Shown: positions 11,135-23,699, numbered from the stretch's first letter. The stretch is DNA of 64,000 nt from Klebsormidium nitens (GCA_000708835.1 DF237357.1:1-64000); one strand, 5' to 3'. Numbers and translations are program-made. Notes: a model not told the origin generated them from the letters alone.

Positions 11135-12495
11135 TCACCCTTCAAGGCGCCTTATTGACGCACTCCAGGTTTTGTACAGTTGTACTAGCTGCCTGCAGGT
11201 CATGACCTTTTGTGAGTCTAGTTCTAGGTGTAGGTGCGTGAGTCGTGACCTGCGGACTGCCCACCTTCGAATATCTGCTCGACCGAGTGTGTACGAAGTT
11301 TTATACAGGGCGGTACGTATGTGTATGCAACCGTTCGCCAATTTATTGCATGATTGCGGAGGAGATTGCATATTGCCGATCGCCATGAAGGTTGTCTCAG
11401 CCCACTGCGGGGAGTCAGAGAGATGCAATTAATCATTTCGAGTTCTGATCCGTTCCTTCAGCATACAGCTGACTTCTTTTTGGAATCTATAGGTTTTATT
11501 GGTCCGTGTTGTGAGCCGCGCAGCTGCTACTGTTGTATCGAGGCATGTACCGTTGAGTCTTGTCGGTCGATCAATACTCGTTGCAACACTGGCATGTACT
11601 ATAATGCGTGCATGATAGGTTGCCGCCACTTACTTATGCGCAGCCTTGAACCAGGCTTGCCGGACATGGCCGCGCTGCCAAGCTATAGCTGTCAGATTTG
11701 ACTGACGGGCGGCCCCGCCAGGTCTGGCCAATCATTTTGCATGATCAATGTATCGCGATCGACCCTCTGAGTTCAAGTCAATCTGCACACTGACGTACGT
11801 ACACGTGCTTGCGCGCTCGCCCATGCTTAAGTTCGAAGATCATAGTAGCGGCGTGCGCGTAGCCCACTTCTTTGCGGGGCACAGACGGTTAGGCCCACGT
11901 ATAAACTTATCTAGGCCGCGGCGCGGCTGCCGCAGCTAGGTCACCGGTATGGCCCAAAAGTTCAATAGTCTTCTGCACTCATGCCACATACTAAGCATCT
12001 GCATGTTTCAAGTCATTGAATCTACCCATAAGATCATTCCTAATTAGTAAGTTGGTTTGAACGACGCTACCCTCGTTCGTTGGTTGGAGTTTCGAGTGGC
12101 GATGCCGACAAAGCGCATGTACACAACCGGCCAGATGTATTTCAACAAAGCCGGGATGGCAGATTCGATTGTTATCCACCACTTTGATCCGGTCAAAAAT
12201 ATGTCGCTTCAGCATTTTTCTTCAGATCCGCTCTTCTTTTGTCCTCAATCCCACTGAGGAAAAATTGGCTCAGACACGCACAAGCAAAAATGTACGACGC
12301 AGGCAGAGTATAACTTAACTAGAACTAATCCAGATACGAAGCTAGGCATATGGTCTACTCTCAGGATATATACGCATACATCACGCAAACAAAACTGTGT
12401 AAAATCGATCTTTACGCTGCTCATCTTGAAGGTAGGTACGAATCGAATAAGTGCAAGACAGCTGTGTAACGCAAGCAGCGCTTTGCACCGGAGCG

Positions 12496-15400
12496 TTACG
12501 CATCAATGAGGTGGTTGGTTCCAGACAGCTGCTTGAGCTGCTTGGAGCAGTCGGTGGAGATGTTGCGCTGCAGGATGGTGTTGACGAAGCAGAAGGTGTG
12601 CACGGCCTGCGCCTTGGTGAACTCGGTGATGACGTAACCGTGACCGAAGTACCGGGAGTACCTGCAGGTTTAAGGAGTGGTTCAGGAAACAGGTCAACAA
12701 ATGTGAACATGCGTTATTTGAGAAATGCAGAAATGTGTTGACGAAGCAGAAGGTGTGCACGGCCTGCAACTTAGTGAACTCGGTGATGACATAACCGTGG
12801 TACCTGCAGGGTCAAGGACTGGGTACAGAAACAGGTTAAGAAACGGGGTACAAATAGGATGTTCAGGTCTTGTGGATTGGGTTATGAAGTAACCCCGTTG
12901 AGTGTACGGAGAGTATCTGCAGGGGTTGCAGAAGGTTGGTTAACGAGGGTTTTTGTGAAAGCGCGGAGGTAAGGTTCTGAGGACACCGGTTGCCAAGTGA
13001 GACACTTCTCTGGACACTTGTCTGAAGGAAGGAACAAAGCTGATATCAACCCGGGGTGTCGATTACGCGTCTGCTTCTGAGGGTTTTGAAAGGACCTCGT
13101 TACTGACGAAGGTGTTCACAAATAACAGCCTGAGGCCTTTTGACGCCCGGTTCTAAAGATTTTGGCCTTTCGATTGCTTGCGAGCAAGTAAACGGTGAAA
13201 ATCCGGGGACAGGGAAACTCGCTTTCGGCTCTGCGTCAAAGCGTCTGCCCAAACGGATCCGGTGGAGGGCTTTCGCGGGAGCGCTCTCACCTCGAGGTCT
13301 GGTTCATTATGGAAGACGTTCACGCGTTCAAAAGCCAGTATTGAACTTAGAAGCAAAGTCCAAATCAATTGCAGAGGTGGATGAGTTCTCTGGAGAAAGA
13401 GAGAGAAAAGAAAAGAAGGGAGACAAAAAGGAGTGTTACATAAAGAAGAGGAGACAAAAGAGCGGAAATGTCAGAGCCTCACTTGAGGTGGGGCATCAGG
13501 GACTTGAGCAGCGCATCGGTGGCGTCAGCTTTGGCACGTGCCGCGTCATCCTCGCCGTAGAAGCTGGAGGTGACTGACGTCACGCCGACCTCAACCGCCA
13601 TGCTGCCGGTCCCGCGGGAGAAGTTAGCGTTGACCCCGAGGTTGCCGTTGGCGGTGTTCTTGGGGTTGCCGATATACGAGCGCCCCCACGTTTGATACGG
13701 GTAGAAGGGGATATCGGATACGACGGTGGCGTGCGTATCGCCCGTCACGACGACGACGTTGTCAATCGCGTTGCGGCGGATGTGCTCCAGAACCTGTGGT
13801 CACAGATCTGGGTTAGAGAGAAGAGGAGGAGAGCTCCCCGGTGAAGCTCGATAAGATTCAGGCTGGAGGGGCTTTGAGGGAGCTTAATGATCACTACCAT
13901 ATCTGCTCAAACCTTTTGATTGTTCACGGTCAGCTTTTCAACACGGAAGGCACCACGAATATGGAAGCAGTAAGTATGCCGTAGGCTTTTCTTGTGGGTA
14001 TGAAAGTCCCCTCAAATTCAGAACATCCTACGAAGGTCGACGGATCAGATTCTCTGTGCACAGAGGCGGATAACCGATGAAGGTGTTAATGAGCGGGTCT
14101 GCGTTCTGATTTTGAGTTTTGTGAATCTTGATGCAGGTTTGCGACTAACCTGGTAGCGGGTTTCGGGATACGCATCCCAGCCGTCGGAGTAACCGACAAC
14201 CGGACCGATGAAGGAGTTGAAGAGCGGGTCGGTGTCCTGGATCTGGGCGGGCATCTGGGTGAAGAGGACCTGGTTGCCAATCATGCGCCAAGTCGCGCCG
14301 CGGCCCTTGGAATCGCTGCGAAAGCAGAGTTTGAAGCCCGTTTGTTTGTAGGGCTCAGGATCCTTGGGATTTCGATGGTTTACAATGATTCTAGTAGGTG
14401 ACTTCGGACGAAGCAACAAACGAGCTAGGTTGAACAAATAACCGCATAGCGGAGCAGAAACTCGAGAATAAAAACAAGCCGTTTATACTCAAACAGTTCC
14501 ACAGAAGGCTTCAGAGCCAGATGATCAAAGCAACACGTCGAAACCCAAAGACACAAGCGGACGCATTCGCAACTAGAGCGAGGAAGAACCATTATCTGAG
14601 CTGGTTGCGATTGGGTCGCCTCGAGTTTGATGCCTGACCGAAGCACTCTGATACTCAAACAACCGGCAACTCGAACGAGGAATCATTTCTCACCTGAGCT
14701 GTCCCTGCAGCCAGCTCAGTTGGGTCGCCCCGAGCATAGTCCTCTGCCGGTCGAAGAGCGCTGCGTAGTTGTCGTTTCCGACAGTGGAGTTGAGAACCGG
14801 GGGGTCTGGGGGGTCGTCGGTCTGGCGGTCCCGGCCAATAAGGCGGGTGTCGATCATGATGAGGTCGAGCAGGTTGCCAATCTGGAAGAGACAAACGGAA
14901 CGAGCGGAGTCAGCGGATCTGGAGCGGGATGAGTTGGAGCGGAATGAGTTGGAGCGGAACGGTGGTCATCAGAGGAGCTTCGTCGTTATGACGGTCCCGA
15001 ACGAGGAGGCGGGTGTCGATCATGATGAGGTCGAGCAAGTTGCCAATCTGAGTTGACGGAATGAGCCGAATGAACGGATTGAGCGTTATGCGCGGCATAA
15101 GCGTTATGAACCGGATCGGAGCAAAATAAAGGGACTCCGGAGGTTTTGGTTCCGTCCGTGGCGGTCCCGATCAATCAGGCGGGTGTCGGTCACGATGAAG
15201 TCGTGCAATTTGCCACCCAGGATGAAACCACAAAAGTAGCTGATGCAGCGGAATCAAAGCGGAACGACTGGGAGCGGGATGAAGCTACTGGGAGTCCCGA
15301 CTGATGAGGCGGGTGTCGATCATGATCTTGAGCAAGTTGCTGATTTGGAAGACACACTGGAACTAGCGGGATCATGGAAAGCGGAGTGGAATGAGTGAGC

Positions 15401-18400
15401 GGGATGACGAGAAACAGCGGCACTTTGGGATCGTCGGTTTGACGGTTCCGACCGATGAGGCACTTCTAAGAAAGCACGTTCGAACGACAGAGAGAAAAGT
15501 AGTGGGATTGGAAACGCACCTGGAACGAGCGGTAGATGCGGAGCTTGAGGTCGAACTGCACCTGACGCACCGGCTGCCACTCGTACCTAGTACCAGAGAA
15601 AAGATCAGGTTTTTCGAAACGTCTATTGCTCGAGGTTTACGCGCTCGACATAAGCTCTTCTGACGCATACTTCAAGAGAGCTGCAGGATCTCTTTCTGGG
15701 GGCTGAAAGGGCTGATTCGCAACTCACAGGGAATTTCAATGCCTGAGAAAACAGAGTGCACACGCAGTTGATAATTGGTGGAAAACATACAATTAAGCAC
15801 TTTCGCACCTTCGCACCTCTTATTTCAAAGGCAAATCTGGCGTATATATGTACGCTTCCTGGTTTTAATTTCGGCGTGCCCAGGCTAAGACAGGAGAGAG
15901 AAGCCTACGACTGCCGCCACTTCAAATTCCACTTCGAAACTCCACGCTCTATAATTCTTAGCGGACTCTATCCGAAAAGCAGAACATACAGCGCTAAGCT
16001 TTTGCTTTTACGTAGCATAGCAGACCCACATCAACAAAGTCGCAGGGTTCAAGGAGCATACGTCAAGCTTTCACCCGGAGAGCATAAACGCAAACAGGTT
16101 CTTTCCTGAAGGCCCCCTTCGCGGCGCGTGTAAGGGTCTGGCACAAGCCGCCCGTGCCTATCTCCCAGTTGACCATCTTGTCATTCTGAAACTAAGGACT
16201 TAGAAAACCCACAAGCTTCGGAAATCAGTTCCGAACCCAGATGAAGCAACGAAGTCAAACAACACTCCAACTAAACTCTCCAAGCATAACGTTTTTTCAC
16301 AAGACGCGCACGGAGGCACTGAGGCGCGCCTCACAGGGCCCCAAGGTTGCGGTCTTGTCGTTCTGCGCGCCGTTGCGCCACAGCTTTTCGCTAATCGCTA
16401 CGGTACCTCCAAGCCTTCAAAACCCTCAAAATGCAAAACCCTGAAAGAGTTCTCTCAAAGAAATTGAATTCTTACCATGCGCGCACGGAGGCCTGGAGAC
16501 GCGCTTCCCAGGGCCCCTGGGTTGCCGTCTTGTGGTTCTGCGCGCCGTTGCGCCACGCGTTGTTGGCGGAGTCGTGATCGTCCCACACGATCACCCACGG
16601 GTGCACGCGGTGCGCCTCCTGCAGGTCGGGGTCCGTCTTGTACAGCGCGTGGCGGGCCCTGAAAAACAAAATATGAGTTTTCAATAGTTGATTTTTCGTT
16701 GCTGTTAATAGGCTTTTGCGACAGACGGGTGCGCGCGGTGAGCCTTTGGAGATCGAAGTTTCATCTTTTACGATGCGTGGCGGGCCCTGGAAACGGACAC
16801 ACGACTTCGAATCCTCAAGGTGTTTGTAATCGGTCCAGTACGATTGACATTTTGATACTGGATATTGGTTTGCGACACTTCCAAAAAGAATGTCAGAAAG
16901 CTCTCAGGAGAATGGTTGACTCTCGAGATGCGACTAACCACCTCGTAATGTGGATTGCGACCCGTGACCTCTACAGGCCCCTTCAGAATGTGCTCTCAAA
17001 GATCTGGCTTGAGAGTCATGTGAGGAAAAGTTGCAGCAAGAACACGTCAATTCAAACTGTCAGTGTACCGAATCCAGAATGTTCAAGTCTACAACGCCTT
17101 CTTCCCAACAGCCGTCAACTGAACAAAAGAGCCAGCTTTATTTTACTTTTATCTTGTTCGATGAACACCCAGCAGAAAATCAAATCGGCGTTTCGAAGCG
17201 CCCAACGGCAAGTTTCTGAACTGAAAGCAGATGTCCGAATGTTCACCTGTATTGCTCGAGTGTGACGGTCTGGAAGTCCTGAACCATCCTGGGAGGGCTG
17301 AACATGGTGGCTTCAGCTGGAAAACAAAAGAGGGCACCTCTTTCTTTATTTTTTCCTGAAGGCTCGTAACCACCAGTTGGCTTTGTTGTTTAATTTAATG
17401 TCAATAAAAGCGACGACGCAAACGATCAATGGGAGACGGCGGCAAAAGCTGACAGTCTCGTAGCAGTGTCAGTGGGGTGTTTCTTTACCCTTCCAGAGGC
17501 AGAACTCGAACCACAGACGTTTGGGCGAAGCAGACGTGGAAATAAGTATACGATCAGACTGCGCAAAGGGTTGACACTGCATCGTAGACGCAGCAAGCAA
17601 AGACGGCAGGACAAAGTATTCGGCATATCTTCCGTAATCTCGGCACTCGCTTCGACCGTAGATTTTGGTTCTGACTCCTCGTTCAGGGGATCTGATCGGA
17701 TACAAAGGCGACGTACAGGCAAGCCCTTTAAGATTACGCATCCCTGGAACTCGACCTCAGACTCGTAGACTGATTCAATACGGCGGCCCGCACCGAAGAG
17801 ACTGAGTGTGAGAATAGCGGGTTCTTTGCGCCTTGCAAAAAGGGGTTTTCCAGTGTTTGGTGCGTGTTCTCACCGGGGCGAGCGGCATACTCGTAGAAGT
17901 AGTCGCCCAGATGGAGCACAGCCACGAGGTCGGGCTGGGTGGCCACGTGGCCGTAGGCGTTGAAGTACCTGTGGGTTAAGAGGGTGTCAGGGGGGTTAGG
18001 CGCAAGGAGTTAAGAAGGTTTACGATTTGAAAAAGTTAAAGGCTCGCAGGGTTCAGAGAGGGTTCAGACAGGATCAAGGAAGTTCAGAAAACCTCCTCGG
18101 ATTCCGCCCTAACCGACAGGAAACACGTGGGTTTGCACCGTCAAACCGACTTTGAGTTGTTTGACCGGTAAGAAGCGGATCGGAGGCATCGGGCACAGGC
18201 GATTGGATTGGTCACTTAGCGCCTCTCGCCTTTGTGGAAAGCGCCATAGATTCAGAAGTCGATAGTATCACCACTTGGGCGACCCTTCGGCTGCGGAAGT
18301 GGTTTGGCGAGATTGTCTTTCAATCGAATCCAAATTCTTGGTCCTTTGCAAGTTCGACAAGCTCGAATAGAATTCACGCTGCCTGTTGAAACATCGGGAG

Positions 18401-21400
18401 ATCGGCGAAAAAGTAGACGCCCTTTAAAAGTATCCCGGCAAAACTGCAGCTCACGAACAGGAACAGAGGATGACAGAAGGGCGCTCGAGATCTCGTCAAG
18501 GTACACGTGACAAAAGCGCGTACAGTGAAGCTGATAGTGGTTCAAAAGCAAAACGAGGGTGGTTACACTAACCCGCAGGGGTACTGGGAGCACGTCATGG
18601 ACGCAATACGAAAGAAATTCTCGACAATGTATCGTACACGGGTCAAGAATGGAGATGAGAAGACAGTATCTTCCAGGAAAGGAACCGGGTTGTTAAGCTA
18701 ACCCCGAAGGATACTGGGAGCACGTCATGTAGGCAGTGTGTGCGTGCGGCTGCCCAAATTCTCGAGAAGATACAGGGGGCAAAAGCGGAAGCACAAAGGT
18801 TCTGGTCAAAACAAAAAAAGGAGGGTAGTTGAGCTAACCCTGAGGGGTACTGGGAGCACGTCATGTAGGCAATGCGCGCGTGGTCGACGTCGCCGACGGG
18901 CAGGGTGCGCGTGCGGCCGACGGCGGACTTGGCGCTGCCGCTCGTGAACTGGTAGTAGTAGGTCGTGCCGGGGGTCAGGCCTGGACAAAAAGCGGGTTAA
19001 GATTTGGTTTGTCTGTGTTTAAGGCGTGGTTATCCTGGGTTTCGTCGTTGCTGGAGAGATGAGTGAAATGAGTAGGTCGTGCCAGCTCTCTGGCAAAGAG
19101 TTTACTGATAACCGTGCTCTTCGAATGAAAGGCAATATGGAACAGCAGTAGAGCTTGATCTGGATTTGCTTGAAGGTGCTCCTGATGAATCGCAAGTAGC
19201 AAGAGTTTGAGCGGAAGTGGGAAGCATTGAGAGCAACGGCTGACTCGCGTGATGATAGTTAATCAACCTGCAATCGAACAGCTGTTAATTGGTGATCAAG
19301 TTGTTGCTAAGCCGATCAGACCTGAGGACGTGGCAGGAGAAAACGTTTGTGCTCATGTAGGTTTGAATCACACTCGTTACAATTTGAGTACTTAGGCCAG
19401 TCAGCTTCAAGAAGGGCTTCGGGGTCAGAGCGAAAGAAACCAGATCAAGAGTTGCGCTGCGGTCCACCCAAAGTTCGTGATCTCTAGAGGAACACAATAT
19501 TAGAGCCTACAAGGCAAATTTTGAGGGGAGTGAGAAGCTGGCGCAAGGTATCGGAGCGGGATTCCCTTGGGGCTTTGCAACCAAGAAGGGAGGGACCAAT
19601 GTTGCAAGGACGGTGCTTCTCCTCGGCATTCTTCCGGACTCTTGACTTGCTTGATCCAGGCTAATTCTGCAAGATGGCAACTAAACAAACTGGAGGATAG
19701 AGAATGGAGATGTCGACAGAGAATCTACTCGTCGAATGCTTACCAGTCACATCCACCTTGACAGTCCAGTCGACGCCGGAGTCGGTTGCAACAGCTGCAA
19801 CCAGATGAGAAGACATCGTCTTAGAAAGAAGGAGTAACTTTGTACATGCACGGCAAAGAACAAACTGCAAGTAGGGAAAGTGCTGATCATTGCAAACATT
19901 GCATCATTCATGACTTCGCCAGACACTAGAAAGAGAACCCCTGCATGATCAGTGTGTGTGAAGCTAGCTTTTGTCAACACCACAAAAGATCTGAACTCGA
20001 ATGACGTAACAGGCCTTGAAAACAACTATTCCTCCTTGTACAAGCAAGCGTTCAAGGCTTTTCTAGGACTGAGGCTCACCCCCTTGGGTCACAATTGTGT
20101 TAAGGCTGGAGTCAGTGGCAACCCGGAAGTAGACCAGAGCACGCTGATCAGAGGGCACAGGAGTGACACGTGTCCAGAGGATGACCTGGTTGGGCTGCAG
20201 ACATTGAATACAGAGATCGAGTCAGGACTGGTACATCAACCACAACTGGAGTTGAGGAAAATGGTCATTCAGACATGGAAACCTCAGAGCAATCTGATAG
20301 TGGAGGGCTAGACTCAACTTCATCAGGCTTTTACAAAGCTCAGAGTCTACTTATGTGTTGTTTCACTGAGTTGGTCAGGACAAATGAGTGAATACAGGGA
20401 CCTTCATTTGCTTGTTCTCAGTTCTGGAGAAGTGAATCGACCTTCATTTTGATTCATGTCGTCGGATTCATTGTTGTTTAAGATGAAAGGGGAAAGGCCC
20501 CAGGCAGAGCAATCTAAGCCTGCCTTTCTCATAAGAATATGACAATTCAGAAGGAGGACTTCTGAATCAAAGTCACCCTTAAGAGCTTACACCCCAAAAA
20601 CTGGACAAATACAAGGAGGAACGGACAAGAGGGGACAGGGAGAATGCAGTAAGCAACTTTCATACTGTCCTTCATCTGTCAGGAAGCTGTCAAAGAATGC
20701 ATATAACACAAGCACAAAACGGACTCCCCAATCAATCATCTCAAATCCAGACATAACAGATGCGTACTATGCTGCCTCTTTGCAACAGTTAAGGAGCGAC
20801 AAACAAGGCCAACGATCAGGGGTACGATCATAATCAGAAATTGAATGATTGAGTGTGGAAAACACAAGAGGAAGGCGGTTGTTGGGGCGTCTCTCTTACC
20901 AAAGGATCACCACTGGCAACCCCGTACTGGAAGGAGCGGGGAACGGTGAGGTCATCAACAAGGGGGCTGCTGCATAATGTCAACAAGGGGGAGGGGTTCA
21001 GAAGGGTGGGCAAGACCAGTCGATGGAGTGTCTTACCAAGGGCAAAATCACGCAGCTGCTTGATTTAGTACTCTTGTGACCAAGATCAGAAGATTTGTCT
21101 GGAATCTGTCACAGCGTTAAGGCTGAGGGTTTTGTTGACGTTGGGGTACACGGGGTTGATATGCGAATGTACAAAAGCATTCCTGGAACATAGGACAGCT
21201 TCTACGACCTGTATTGACAGGACAGGGTCTCAAGTTCTGAACTGGCACCTGCTGTATTTTGCTCTGTTTCAGAACGTGGGCTAAGCAGCTCGATCAACTT
21301 GCATGCAAGGAATCCAGCATCCTCTTGTTGCTTCACTAACTTCCAGGAAGCTTACATAGATACATGGTCAGCCAGGAGTGAAACATGATACAGCCTCTCT

Positions 21401-22175
21401 TTTCTTTGAACGATCAACATGAACTTCTGCTTTTGTATCTTCAGAGCTTCTTCCTTAGTTCCCTCTGAAGTAGCCACGCATTGGCCTTCTGCTTTCAGCT
21501 TCACTCTGATGCGAGGGCAAGTAATGCCGATGGAGGGAAGGATTAGTGAGTCAAGCTCGTTAGGAACAGCTTTTATAGTTATTATTGCTCATATACAGCC
21601 AGGAATAAAGGTTAAGAGTAAAACCCCTCAAAGTCAAGTGCTGCTGTTCTTAGTGCCTAGAGAAACCCTCAGAAACATTCAGCTGCCATCACACCAGCAA
21701 CGAAATGTCAAAAGCAACGAGCTTGGGATTTCCAATCCCTGAGCTGAAAGGGTTCAATCCTCAAGGGTTTGTGACCCCTGAAGCAGCTTGCGACCGGCCC
21801 CTGCCCAACGATTGGCTCTTACTTCCAATCAAAATGACTTCAAACTAATAAGCTTCGAGAGAGGTAGCCCTTTCAATGTATCAACCACAAAGCAACGAGT
21901 TTGGATTCTCCGTGGATCAAGAGGACTTGATAAGCATCACACTCTTTGGCTTGAAAGCAGCACTAGATACTGAGGCGGATTTGATCTTACGTCTGCAGCA
22001 GTTTGCGCCCCACACCTGCCCCAGCAACGGGCTCCTGAACCGCCGCAGCGATGTCTTCAGCAGCATTCACGATGGGCTTCAAGTAGGCCATGTTCTGGAC
22101 AAGGTCGATCTCGGATGCCACGGAAGCAGCGCACACAAGGGCCACAAGGGCCGCCAAAGCGGTGCGGGCCGCCAT
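12496..22175 (-). CDS. phoD: Secreted PhoD-family alkaline phosphatase/phosphodiesterase (PhoD_N + PhoD); 13 exons, about 602 aa
   Basis: complement(join(12496..12661,13483..13793,14150..14315,14694..14881,15520..15586,16476..16658,17247..17316,17874..17968,18839..18980,19744..19794,20080..20194,20900..20969,21991..22175)); phases consistent, 1809 nt. Motifs: signal peptide MAARTALAALVALVCAASVAS, FQYGVASGDP, VILWTRV, WTVKVDVTGLTPGTTYYYQF, YMTCSQY, HLGDYFYEY, WDDHDSANNAW, IYRSFQIGNL, MIDTR, DGWDAYP, VTGDTH. Confidence 0.93.
12737..12810 (-). repeat. Young intronic duplicate of the acceptor and 5' half of PhoD exon 13
   Basis: GTTGACGAAGCAGAAGGTGTGCACGGCCTGC is identical at about 12580 (exon) and about 12738; acceptor CTGCAG|GTAC is repeated 142 bp upstream. 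Confidence 0.9.
14985..15465 (-). repeat. Array of 4 decayed copies of the PhoD exon 10 5' end in intron 9
   Basis: AGGCGGGTGTCG anchor at 14841 (exon), 15007, 15177 and 15307, with a degenerate copy at about 15458. Confidence 0.85.
18560..18760 (-). repeat. Two intronic copies of the PhoD exon 5 3' end plus donor
   Basis: (C)TAACCC...G(G/A)TACTGGGAGCACGTCATG at 18834 (real donor), 18698 and 18568. Confidence 0.85.
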
Positions 22176-23409
22176 TGGCTCAGCTGGGGAAGAGCACCAC
22201 AGCTGATCACCAGCTGAAGGGAAAATGCAGAAAGCTACCTTAAAGAGTGGGCCATCTATTCGTGCACTTTATACCCTTCCTACCAGCTGCGCAATCCCAG
22301 CTGCAGACCTCATGACTTTAGAAGCTCGCCAATCTTGCTGTACCTACTGGTGTTAGTCCTGCCTACTTTGGATGGCGTACTTATGTCTACTCAGGTGTAC
22401 CGTGAATGTGATCCTGAACCAACTTTCAAGGTCCACCAAGCTAACTTATCTGAGTGACCAATCCTAGCTCAGATTCCACGAAAGGATTCCATCCGTCTTG
22501 AAGTCCGAGGCACGAAAGCTTTGTCCCGCTTCAGCCTTCGAAGACCAATGCGAAGGAGAGGGATTCGGCATCGAATGATGCGCAAAATTACGCTAAGATT
22601 CAGACGGACGGAGTCATCCTCATCATGACTCGTGAATCATGATGCATGCATGAGCACTCCAAGCAGCCAGCGGGCCGGCATTGCTGGGCCGGGCGCCAGC
22701 TGTCAATTTGGATCAGTCCAGCTGCCAATACCGCACCAGGACTAGAAGAGGTCCGCAGGTAAGATCAGCAATGCGGATCTGAATTCAGCGAATCGAGCAT
22801 CATTCATAGACTCAGCTGGAGGCCGGCCCAAGCCTAACATATTGTCAAGCCCCCCGGTGCCCAATGCAAGCCGCCCAAATCTAAACCTAGCTCTAGACGC
22901 TAGTGTGGATCTGCATGGATTGGTCTAAAGTAACAGGGGTATTAGGGCTCTTTTATAAACATCAGGACGGGTAGATTTATTCAGGTGCACGAATGCGAAG
23001 CAGGTAAAATGTTTTCCTTCGCCTCATCAAGTAAGCTAAAGATCTGCATTGATTGGGCCCGGGGACACAATGTAAGCGCTGTCAGCTCGCCTGCAGTAAA
23101 TGCTGATGTGCTGCGGGCAAGGACGGAGCTGCAAGATGCAATTGCTAGGCATATGGAGTCGGGGGCCTGGACTAGGGAAACCGGGGTAGGTAGCTGCCTA
23201 TGCCTCTTCTACGCCTACCGAACTGCCACTGGTGCAAGGCAGGCCGGCATAGATTCTTTCGATGTTCACATCCTCCGGGCGGCTCCGAAGCAGGTCGAGC
23301 TCGGACACCCGGGGGGCCGGAAGGCGAGTACCTACCCGCTGCCTGGGCTGAGCTCAGCTAGCAAACCTCACCGCATAGGATCGACCACAGCGCAAGCGAA
23401 GTGACTTCC

Positions 23410-23598
23410 ATGACTCTCAAGAAAGATAATAGTAAGCCAAGATAATAGTAAGCTCCGACTAACACTAAAAAACCCTAACCATAATTGAAACACCCGCTCC
23501 GCACCCGTACCCACCCTAACCACCATACTAACCCTACCCGTCACAGTACGGTTACCTTACTATTATCTGGGCTTACTATTATTTTTCTTGAGTTTCAT
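23410..23598. mobile_element. 189-bp MITE-like element with 43-bp TIRs and 9-bp target-site duplication (Mutator-type TSD length)
   Basis: TIRs 23410-23452 and 23556-23598 match at 39/43 (ATGACTCTCAAGAAAGATAATAGTAAGCCAAGATAATAGTAAG). Exact direct repeat GTGACTTCC at 23401-23409 and 23599-23607. No coding capacity. Confidence 0.85.
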
Positions 23599-23699
23599 GT
23601 GACTTCCCATGGGGGGAGTTGTGAAACTCGATCGAGTAAGATGATCCCCCTGTTCTCCGTTCTCCTTTGGACTGTCGAGATTCCCCGGGACGGCATCGC

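Noticed and set aside
11911-11940. Helitron 3' end (GC hairpin followed by CTAG)
   Set aside because: The hairpin is short, CTAG is followed by G rather than T, and I found no matching 5' TC end or second copy.
14841-15465. Echo units as mutually exclusive alternative exons
   Set aside because: Each unit carries only one splice-site type (acceptor or donor) and only part of the exon, so it cannot substitute for the exon.
23468-23541. Interstitial telomere array
   Set aside because: Only scattered CCCTAA units occur inside the MITE-like element; there is no tandem telomeric tract.
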